From: Escherichia coli
GTDB taxonomy: Bacteria > Pseudomonadota > Gammaproteobacteria > Enterobacterales > Enterobacteriaceae
Assembly: GCF_016903815.1 (NCBI RefSeq)
Contig: NZ_CP069973.1
Direction: 5' to 3' (one strand)
DNA length: 64,000 bases
Below the pieces are notes generated by a model. It saw only the letters and a list, made by a program, of their open reading frames with translations, searched no databases and was not told the origin of the DNA. Position numbers and translations under genes: made by a program. Of the stretch, positions 11,481-19,823 are shown piece by piece. How positions within the stretch are numbered: position 1 is the first letter of the stretch; each line of letters starts with the position of its first letter.

Positions 11481-12157
11481 TTCAGTATCTGAACGTCTTT
11501 TTTTATGATATCTACCCGTACATTTGTGCGACAGTGTTTTTCCTCGGCAGCTGGCTGCGCTACGACTACGGGCAGTATACCTGGCGCGCCTCCTCGAGTC
11601 AGATGCTCGATAAACGCGGGATGGTGATATGGTCGAATCTGTTCCATATCGGCATTTTAGGGATTTTCTTCGGGCACCTGTTCGGCATGTTAACGCCGCA
11701 CTGGATGTACGCGTGGTTTCTGCCGGTGGCGGTAAAACAGCAGATGGCGATGGTGCTCGGTGGTATTTGCGGTGTATTGACGCTGATTGGCGGCGCAGGA
11801 CTGCTGTGGCGCAGGCTGACAAATCAGCGCGTGCGTGCCACTTCCACTACGCCGGATATTATCATCATGATCATTTTGCTGATTCAGTGTCTGCTGGGGC
11901 TAAGTACCATACCGTTTTCAGCACAGTATCCTGATGGTAGCGAAATGATGAAGCTGGTGGGTTGGGCGCAAAGCATTGTCACTTTCCGTGGTGGATCGTC
12001 AGAAATGCTTAACGGCGTAGCGTTCGTTTTCCGCCTGCATCTGGTGTTGGGAATGACCATCTTCCTGCTCTTCCCGTTCACCCGACTGGTGCATGTGTGG
12101 AGCGCGCCGTTTGAGTACTTTACTCGTCGGTATCAGATTGTGCGCTCGCGGCGATAA
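11477..12157 (+). CDS. narV: Respiratory nitrate reductase 2 gamma subunit (cytochrome b)
   Basis: 226-aa membrane protein; 4-nt overlap with narW. Confidence 0.9.
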
Positions 12158-12235
12158 TTTCACCCTGGCCGGATAGCCCTTCGCTCTCCGGCCACTTGCA
12201 GGCTATGATAGTTCTCCAGTCACAGGAGAACGTTA

Positions 12236-13129
12236 ATGAAACCGCAGGTTTACCACGTCGATGCTTTTACCTCTCAACCATTTCGCGGCAATTCTGCCGG
12301 TGTTGTTTTCCCCGCCGATAATCTCAGCGAAGCGCAAATGCAGCTTATCGCCCGCGAATTAGGTCATTCCGAAACTGCTTTTCTGCTGCACAGCGACGAC
12401 AGCGATGTGCGCATCCGCTACTTTACGCCAACGGTTGAAGTGCCGATTTGTGGTCACGCGACAGTAGCTGCGCACTATGTACGTTCGAAGGTATTAGGTT
12501 TGGGAAATTGCACGGTCTGGCAAACATCTCTGGCAGGACGGCATCGCGTGACTGTTGAAAAGCAAAACGATGATTATCGTATTTCGCTGGAACAAGGTAC
12601 GCCGGGCTTTGAGCCACCGCTGGAAGGCGAAACACGTGCGGCGATTATCAACGCGCTTCATCTCACTGAAGACGATATTTTGCCAGGCTTGCCAATCCAG
12701 GTGGCAACCACAGGACACTCAAAAGTGATGATTCCGCTGAAACCAGAAGTGGATATCGACGCCCTTTCGCCTGACCTTGCTGCGCTGACCGCTATCAGTA
12801 AACAGATTGGCTGCAATGGTTTCTTCCCGTTCCAGATCCGCCCTGGCAAAAATGAAACCGATGGTCGCATGTTCTCGCCTGCGATTGGTATCGTGGAAGA
12901 TCCGGTGACCGGCAATGCCAATGGCCCGATGGGCGCATGGTTAGTACATCACAACGTATTGCCCCACGATGGCAACGTGTTGCGTGTTAAAGGCCATCAG
13001 GGGCGCGCATTGGGTCGTGATGGAGTGATTGATGTAACGGTGACAATTCGCGATAACCAGCCGGAGAAAGTTACCATTTCCGGCACGGCGGTGATTTTGT
13101 TTCATGCCGAATGGGCAATTGAACTCTGA
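12236..13129 (+). CDS. yddE: PhzF-family isomerase-like protein
   Basis: 297 aa; recognised as YddE; synteny. Confidence 0.85.
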   Translation: MKPQVYHVDAFTSQPFRGNSAGVVFPADNLSEAQMQLIARELGHSETAFLLHSDDSDVRIRYFTPTVEVPICGHATVAAHYVRSKVLGLGNCTVWQTSLAGRHRVTVEKQNDDYRISLEQGTPGFEPPLEGETRAAIINALHLTEDDILPGLPIQVATTGHSKVMIPLKPEVDIDALSPDLAALTAISKQIGCNGFFPFQIRPGKNETDGRMFSPAIGIVEDPVTGNANGPMGAWLVHHNVLPHDGNVLRVKGHQGRALGRDGVIDVTVTIRDNQPEKVTISGTAVILFHAEWAIEL

Positions 13130-13134
13130 AACCG

Positions 13135-13245
<111 letters not shown>

Positions 13246-13247
13246 AA

Positions 13248-14093
13248 CTATTTCCCCGCCTCCGGATGCGTATCAAACGCTGCCATCACCAACGCTAAAT
13301 CATCCACTGTAAACCCATGTTTGGCATCATCCACGCCCAGTCCAAACTGCTCCTGCATCACCGCATACAACGACACCACATCCGGTAGATTTAGCTGCTC
13401 CACTGCATGTCCATTTTCATAATGGGTGAAATGAAAATTGGTCAGTGTCAGCTTGCCACCGTCCGGCAAATGGCGGCACATTAACAAATGATGGCGAAAA
13501 TGCGATTGCGGCCAGTGCGCCGACCAGAAATTACCCATCACATAATCGCTTTGTTGCTGCTCGCAGAGATCAAAACGGTACATCGACTGCCAGTGCTGAT
13601 GATGATTAAACTGCAACACCCAATCATCACCCTCCTGCAACAACCGATACTCTCCGTGTGGCGTGGTCTGCACGAGCTCGGGAACTAATCGAATCGGCGC
13701 GGTTAGCGTCTGTCCACCGAAACCGACATCAGCAATCCATTTTTCCCCTTCCACTTCCACCAACAACAAACGATGGGTGCGCGGCGGTAATGCTGGCGGA
13801 TTTGATAACACTACGCGCCCTAACAAGCTGCGAACGTTAAACCCCAGCTCGCGTAACACCCGCTCAAACACGCCATTCTGCTCAAAACAGTAACCACCAC
13901 GACGGGCTGTCACCAGTTTCTCTTCCAGCGATTGATCATCAAGCTGTATTTCCCTCGGCAGCAAAACGTCGAGGTTTTCAAACGGAATGGTGCAATTGTG
14001 TTTCAGGTGCAATGCACGCAGCGTATCTATATTGACCGCAGCAGCTCCCAACCAGTTAATACGGGCAAAATAGTGATTCAGAATGGGCGTCAT
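13248..14093 (-). CDS. nhoA: Arylamine N-acetyltransferase / N-hydroxyarylamine O-acetyltransferase
   Basis: 281 aa; MTPILNHYFARINW...; NAT family. Confidence 0.9.
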   Translation of the reverse strand: MTPILNHYFARINWLGAAAVNIDTLRALHLKHNCTIPFENLDVLLPREIQLDDQSLEEKLVTARRGGYCFEQNGVFERVLRELGFNVRSLLGRVVLSNPPALPPRTHRLLLVEVEGEKWIADVGFGGQTLTAPIRLVPELVQTTPHGEYRLLQEGDDWVLQFNHHQHWQSMYRFDLCEQQQSDYVMGNFWSAHWPQSHFRHHLLMCRHLPDGGKLTLTNFHFTHYENGHAVEQLNLPDVVSLYAVMQEQFGLGVDDAKHGFTVDDLALVMAAFDTHPEAGK

Positions 14094-14267
14094 CAGGCGT
14101 TTCCCTTAGTGGTTTTCTCAACTTATAACCTGGAATAGACGCTGCACCGGCTATTTTGTGCGATCGCGGACATGCATCACGTTCGCAAATCGCCAATCCC
14201 GTTAATTTCGTTACTTATTGCGTTACGAGCTACGCTTTTAAAACACCCTTCATAGCGAGGCGATACC

Positions 14268-14837
14268 GTGAGCCGATTCATCCCTGTCGAATTACACCAT
14301 GCCAGCCGTCTGTTAAATCATGGCCCAACTGTCTTGATCACCAGTTTCGATGAGCAATCCCAGCGGCGTAACATTATGGCAGCCGCCTGGTCAATGCCGG
14401 TGGAGTTTGAACCGCCACGCGTGGCGATTGTGGTAGATAAATCGACATGGACCAGGGAGTTGATTGAACGTAATGGTAAGTTTGGCATCGTTATCCCGGG
14501 TGTTGCAGCAACTAACTGGACGTGGGCGGTGGGAAGTGTGTCGGGGCGTGATGAAGATAAGTTTAATTGCTATGGTATTCCGGTTGTGAAAGGTCCGGTG
14601 CTTGGTTTGCCGCTGGTCGAGGAAAAATGTCTGGCGTGGATGGAGTGTCGCCTGCTACCTGCAACTTCCGCGCAAGAAAAATACGATACGCTATTTGGCG
14701 AAGTGGTATCTGCAGCGGCAGACGCACGAGTATTTGTCGAAGGCCGCTGGCAGTTTGATGATGACAAACTCAATACGTTGCATCATTTAGGTGCTGGCAC
14801 GTTTGTTACCAGCGGCAAGCGTGTTACGGCAGGTTAA
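14268..14837 (+). CDS. yddH: Flavin reductase-like protein
   Basis: 189 aa; recognised as YddH; synteny. Confidence 0.85.
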   Translation: MSRFIPVELHHASRLLNHGPTVLITSFDEQSQRRNIMAAAWSMPVEFEPPRVAIVVDKSTWTRELIERNGKFGIVIPGVAATNWTWAVGSVSGRDEDKFNCYGIPVVKGPVLGLPLVEEKCLAWMECRLLPATSAQEKYDTLFGEVVSAAADARVFVEGRWQFDDDKLNTLHHLGAGTFVTSGKRVTAG

Positions 14838-14840
14838 GCA

Positions 14841-15068
14841 TTACATGCTGTAACCGGGTTTCTTTATCAAAGCCTCCATTTGGGGCGCGATTTCGGCATC
14901 CCAGATAGCTTGCCAAGATTCTGGTTGAATCTGCTGTAGAGAAATGCTTATCGAGCTATCTTTACTGTTCAGATGGCGAATAATAACGTCGGTAATATCT
15001 GCAGCAAGTGCTGCTTTTTGTTGTTCGTCCAGTTCACGCGGAAAACATTTAATGTCTATGTGCGGCAT
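14841..15068 (-). CDS. pptA: Tautomerase PptA (4-oxalocrotonate tautomerase family)
   Basis: Start taken at [13 protein letters not shown] (N-terminal Pro tautomerase hallmark), internal Met of the track ORF 14841..15107. Confidence 0.85.
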   Translation of the reverse strand: MPHIDIKCFPRELDEQQKAALAADITDVIIRHLNSKDSSISISLQQIQPESWQAIWDAEIAPQMEALIKKPGYSM

Positions 15069-15373
15069 GATTGTGCTCCTTTTGAAAGATGTCAGTAAAA
15101 TTAACACACGTTGTGAATGTCGTGTGTCCGGTAATGCGTTTTTACGGCAATAATGCCTACTTGAAATTGTACATATTTGTACTACACACTTTTAAATAAA
15201 GCGCCAATGAAAACGTTAACTTGCAGAATATATTCTTCGCCAACATGCCATTAAGAAAACATCAATTTCCCGGCTTGCCAATTTGTTAACGCCCATTATA
15301 GTTATTCTTGCCCTCACTAAAAATTTTCATCCGTAATTACCCCCAATAAAAATCCATTCTGGAGACGCTTAAG

Positions 15374-17350
15374 ATGCAGCTTAATCATATCGTTAAAAGT
15401 CTGCTAATAACGGGATTATTCACCACCAGTTCTTTACCTCTCCTCGCGGCGGAAGCTCCTAAAGACGCCACCGCAGCCACGCAACAAGCAAACAATTTAC
15501 TCTACAACCAGTTGCCGTTTGCCGATAACACTGACTTTACTGATGCCCATAAAGGTTTTATTGCCCCTATCCCTCAAGACGTGATTAAGGGCGAACAAGG
15601 GAATGTTATCTGGGATCCACAACATTACGCTTTTATCAAAGAAGGCGATAAAGCCCCTGATACGGTGAATCCGAGTTTATGGCGTCAGGCGCAACTGATA
15701 AATATCAGCGGGTTATTCGAAGTAACTGAAGGTGTCTATCAGATTCGCAATCTCGATCTATCAAATATGACCATCATTGAAGGCAAAGAGGGTATTACCG
15801 TCGTTGATCCCCTTGTTTCAGCAGAAACAGCCAAAGTGGGTATGGATCTCTATTACAAAAATCGCGGCAAAAAACCGGTAGTGGCGGTTATCTATACACA
15901 CAGTCATGTCGATCACTACGGTGGTGTTCGTGGCGTAATTGATGAAGCTGACGTTAAATCAGGCAAAGTTAAAATCTATGCGCCAGCCGGATTTTTGGAG
16001 GAAGCCGTTTCCGAAAACATCATGGCTGGCAATGTTATGAGCCGACGAGCCAGTTATATGTATGGCAACTTATTGAAACCTGATGTTAAAGGCCAGGTGG
16101 GGGCTGGACTGGGAACGACTACTTCAGCAGGAACAGTCACGTTGATTGCTCCTACTAACTACATCACCAAAACCGGACAAATAGAAACTATTGACGGGTT
16201 GACTTATGATTTCCTGATGGCGCCAGGTTCTGAAGCGCCTTCTGAAATGCTGTGGTTTATTGAAGAAAAGAAACTGATCGAAACCGCTGAAGATGTCACG
16301 CACACCCTTCATAACACCTATTCGCTGCGTGGGGCTAAAATTCGCCAACCGCTGCCGTGGTCAAAATATATTAATGAAGCTCTCAATTTGTGGGGTGATA
16401 AAGCCGAGATTATTCTCGCTCAACATCACTGGCCAACCTGGGGCAACGATAACGTGGTCAAACTGCTTAAAAGCCAGCGTGATTTGTATCGTTACATCAA
16501 TGATCAAACTCTGCGCATGGCTAATCAAGGGATGACCCGTGATGAAATTGCCGCAAACTTTAAACTGCCCTCTTCACTGGCTAACACCTGGGCGAATCGC
16601 GGCTATTACGGTTCGGTAAGTCATGACGTGAAAGCAACTTACGTGCTTTATCTCGGCTGGTTTGATGGTAACCCCGCGACGCTTGATGAACTGCCGCCAG
16701 AAGAAGGCGCAAAAAAATTCGTCGAGTATATGGGCGGTGCTGATGCCATTTTACAGAAAGCCACACAGGATTATGACCAGGGTAATTTCCGCTGGGTTGC
16801 CCAAGTTGTTAGTAAGGTGGTGTTTGCCGATCCAAACAACCAGGCAGCGAGAGATCTGGAAGCTGATGCGCTTGAGCAGTTAGGCTATCAGGCTGAATCT
16901 GGGCCGTGGCGTAATTTCTATCTCACTGGTGCACAGGAATTGCGTAATGGCGTACAAAAATTACCAACACCAAATACTGCCAGCCCAGACACCGTGCGTG
17001 CGATGACGCCGGAGATGTTCTTTGATTATCTTGCCGTCCATATTAATGGTGAGAAAGCGGCAGATGCCAAAACCGTGTTGAATTTCGATTTTGGTGAAGA
17101 TGGCGGCACCTATAAAGTGGAGCTTGAAAATGGTGTTCTCAATCATACCGCTGGTGTAGAGGCTTCGGATGCTGATGCCACTATCACTCTGTCTCGTGAT
17201 GTATTGAACAAAATTGTACTGAAAGAAGAGACGCTGAAAGAAGCCACGGCCAAAGGAGATGTCAAAATTACTGGCAATGAGGAAAAACTCAACGAGCTGT
17301 TAGGTTATATGGATAATTTTGAATTTTGGTTCAATATAGTGACACCATAA
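15374..17350 (+). CDS. Secreted alkyl/aryl-sulfatase, metallo-beta-lactamase fold (SdsA1/YjcS family)
   Basis: 658 aa; signal peptide; THSHVDHYGG zinc motif; GGAGA RBS; not present at this position in K-12 as I recall it. Confidence 0.8.
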   Translation: MQLNHIVKSLLITGLFTTSSLPLLAAEAPKDATAATQQANNLLYNQLPFADNTDFTDAHKGFIAPIPQDVIKGEQGNVIWDPQHYAFIKEGDKAPDTVNPSLWRQAQLINISGLFEVTEGVYQIRNLDLSNMTIIEGKEGITVVDPLVSAETAKVGMDLYYKNRGKKPVVAVIYTHSHVDHYGGVRGVIDEADVKSGKVKIYAPAGFLEEAVSENIMAGNVMSRRASYMYGNLLKPDVKGQVGAGLGTTTSAGTVTLIAPTNYITKTGQIETIDGLTYDFLMAPGSEAPSEMLWFIEEKKLIETAEDVTHTLHNTYSLRGAKIRQPLPWSKYINEALNLWGDKAEIILAQHHWPTWGNDNVVKLLKSQRDLYRYINDQTLRMANQGMTRDEIAANFKLPSSLANTWANRGYYGSVSHDVKATYVLYLGWFDGNPATLDELPPEEGAKKFVEYMGGADAILQKATQDYDQGNFRWVAQVVSKVVFADPNNQAARDLEADALEQLGYQAESGPWRNFYLTGAQELRNGVQKLPTPNTASPDTVRAMTPEMFFDYLAVHINGEKAADAKTVLNFDFGEDGGTYKVELENGVLNHTAGVEASDADATITLSRDVLNKIVLKEETLKEATAKGDVKITGNEEKLNELLGYMDNFEFWFNIVTP

Positions 17351-17360
17351 ATTTACTGCA

Positions 17361-17390
17361 TACCGGGCAGGTATCCTGCCCTTTTTTGGT
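17361..17390 (+). terminator. Rho-independent terminator after the sulfatase gene
   Basis: gggcagg-tatc-ctgccc followed by tttttt. Confidence 0.6.
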
Positions 17391-17396
17391 TAAAAA

Positions 17397-18494
17397 ATGG
17401 CTGAACGAAGAAAAACTCATCACTCATGGAAAACCCGCCGCGATATGGTTATTCGCGGCATGACGATTAGTTTGCCATGGTTTGCTTTTATCAATGTCAG
17501 TTTTGCATTGATAATTTTGCTGCGCCGTGTTCTGTTTAATGACCTTACTCCACCCTGGTTAAATGAAAAAAGCCTTATACATTCTATTGATATATCTGCA
17601 ACGGGTATTCTGCTGATTTGCAGTGGTTTACTACTCATCCCTCGGCAAAAAACATTACCTATCCAGGTGCTATTAGTTGCCCTGAGCCTGCTATGGTCAT
17701 GGTGTAGTTATCACTTTATTGCGTACTGGACGCTGCAGTTTGCTTATCCACTATGTGTATTATTAATGCTTAGTGGCGTTGTCGCACTTTATTTCCATAC
17801 CCCATCATTGCTCGCATTTGTCATTCCCTTATGGTTCACCACTCCAATAGCGAGTCTTATGCTTAATCAACAGATCAATATTCATTTTGCTGTTGTATGG
17901 TGTATTTTTTCACTGGCGCTATATGGTGGGCGACTCATTTTGTTACGTTGGTTTGAAGAAGCATGGATACAAAACAGTTATAACAACCAGTTAATTAATC
18001 GCCTTGATGCATTAGCACATCGTGATCCTTTAACTGGGATAGCAAACCGACGTGCAATGAACAGTATCTTACACGACGCGATGGATAACGGCGGGTCATT
18101 TGCTCTTATTATGCTGGATGTCGATTTTTTTAAACGTTACAACGACACTTACGGGCATCCTGCTGGGGATCGTTGTCTAATACAAGTTGCCGACGCTCTA
18201 CAGCGTTCAACTCGCCAGTCGGAGGATGTTGTTGTCCGTTATGGTGGCGAAGAGTTTGCCATCATACTTTTTAATGCAACATTGCCGGAAGCAGAGACGG
18301 TAGCAGCCAGAGTGAAGCAAGAACTTAAACTGGCAGCTATCCCACATCAGGCATCTGCTGTTAATGCATTTGTTACGGTTAGTCAGGGGATTACCTGTTC
18401 TGCTCCCGCAAAAACGGCTGAACAAATTATTTCAGATGCCGACGCTGCGTTATACCGGGCGAAAGAAAGTGGGCGAAATCGATGGGCTTTATAA
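17397..18494 (+). CDS. Membrane-anchored diguanylate cyclase (multi-TM N-terminal domain + GGDEF)
   Basis: 365-aa ORF; hydrophobic N-terminal ~200 aa; RYGGEEF active-site motif; start codon uncertain (no clear RBS; internal Met candidates at 17445 and 17460); AT-rich. Confidence 0.8.
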   Translation: MAERRKTHHSWKTRRDMVIRGMTISLPWFAFINVSFALIILLRRVLFNDLTPPWLNEKSLIHSIDISATGILLICSGLLLIPRQKTLPIQVLLVALSLLWSWCSYHFIAYWTLQFAYPLCVLLMLSGVVALYFHTPSLLAFVIPLWFTTPIASLMLNQQINIHFAVVWCIFSLALYGGRLILLRWFEEAWIQNSYNNQLINRLDALAHRDPLTGIANRRAMNSILHDAMDNGGSFALIMLDVDFFKRYNDTYGHPAGDRCLIQVADALQRSTRQSEDVVVRYGGEEFAIILFNATLPEAETVAARVKQELKLAAIPHQASAVNAFVTVSQGITCSAPAKTAEQIISDADAALYRAKESGRNRWAL

Positions 18495-18567
18495 GCATTA
18501 GGGGACTGGACAGATTACGTCTCTCCTCGCTTAACAAGGGCTGACGGAGGGTAATAATTGTCTATAG

Positions 18568-19119
18568 CTATCTTCTTAGCGATGTCTTTCTGGTATCACA
18601 TTGGATCGGTGCAATTATTTTTCCTTTAATACCCATTATGTTAAGAAATTCAGAAACAGCTGTAATCTCATTGTTTTTTTCATTCGTCTTGATCTTCCAA
18701 GGAATCTGACTGTGCATTATTGAGAACACACTAATAACGTGAATCGCTCCCTTGCGACGACTCTTGTCATAAGAGTACCGGAGCGTTTTTCCATCAATTG
18801 CAATGACGTCTTTATCATCTGAAGAATGGCAGTCAAGCATCCAGTTAATAAAGCACTCATGAAATTTTTCAGGACTGATACAGGATACAACTCTGGCAAT
18901 GGTATCGTGAACAGGAATACCATTATCAAAATCACCATATTGCTTCAAAAAATCGAGATGTGTTTCCCCAAAATCCTCTATATCTTCCCAGCCTTCTGCA
19001 CCCGAAATAACGGCACAAATAGTCAACAGTAGAATATCCGATAATTTATGCTCCACTTTCCAGGCTTGTCTGTAATCGGGGATAATAGAAATATGTTCCA
19101 TCAATTTTTTAAGTTCCAT
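18568..19119 (-). mobile_element. H-repeat-associated (ISAs1-family) transposase, N-terminal fragment only
   Basis: 183 aa, [50 protein letters not shown]... recognised as H-rpt/YdcC-like; full-length proteins are about twice this size. Confidence 0.75.
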
Positions 19120-19254
19120 TTTGTTCTCCTTAATTATGTAAAGAGTATTTGATCATGTATAAGCAATAAAAAACAGCTTTAGGTAATGAGGAATATCTCA
19201 ATTTTTAAACATAAAATGCGAATTATTTAGTACAAAAAAGCAGCGTTACGTGAT

Positions 19255-19390
19255 CTTTCCCTGCCCTATCGGGTCTGTGTGATATATCGTCCCTGTCCCG
19301 GATTGTAGTACCGGTGCCAGTTGTAGTGCAGTTCGGATTCGTCGTCATACTGCTAGCCCGGATGGCGGAGCAGTTGCTCTAGTCACTCAG
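19255..19390 (-). pseudogene. Vestigial rhs core 3'-end fragment (nonsense + frameshift)
   Basis: Minus-strand translation [34 protein letters not shown] aligns with the main Rhs ...[35 protein letters not shown]; clear nucleotide similarity to 20331..20460. Confidence 0.6.
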
Positions 19391-19424
19391 AATATTGTAA
19401 TAGTAATATAGTGCAGTGCCGGTT

Positions 19425-19823
19425 TCAATATCCTAACGCTGGTCTTTTGCCTGTATTAACTGATTTAGCTGGTTTGCTACATATTAATGCCTTCAGATTT
19501 TCCCTTTCCTTGTCTGTGATACTGTCGCAAACCCTACTAGCCCATTCTACTTCACTCTTCTCCAGGCATTCAATTTTCTTATTGCTCATTGTTCTAATGT
19601 TTGGTGTTGCATCTCCATTTAATAACATCCATGTTTCATTTTTCTTCATAAAACATCTTCCATTATGTTCAAAGATATTAGGTGTGAATATATTATCAGA
19701 ATCCCATGTTACGACTTGCTCGAGGGCTATATTATCTTGATAGTCCATGCCAGAATTATAATAATCACAAGATATAATTATCATGGAAATAATTATCACT
19801 AATATCTTCCCAAGCATTTCCAT
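19425..19823 (-). CDS. Putative Rhs-toxin immunity lipoprotein
   Basis: 132 aa, immediately downstream of and abutting the rhs stop; lipobox IIS-C with Asp at +2; AT-rich; assignment is by position. Confidence 0.55.
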   Translation of the reverse strand: MEMLGKILVIIISMIIISCDYYNSGMDYQDNIALEQVVTWDSDNIFTPNIFEHNGRCFMKKNETWMLLNGDATPNIRTMSNKKIECLEKSEVEWASRVCDSITDKERENLKALICSKPAKSVNTGKRPALGY

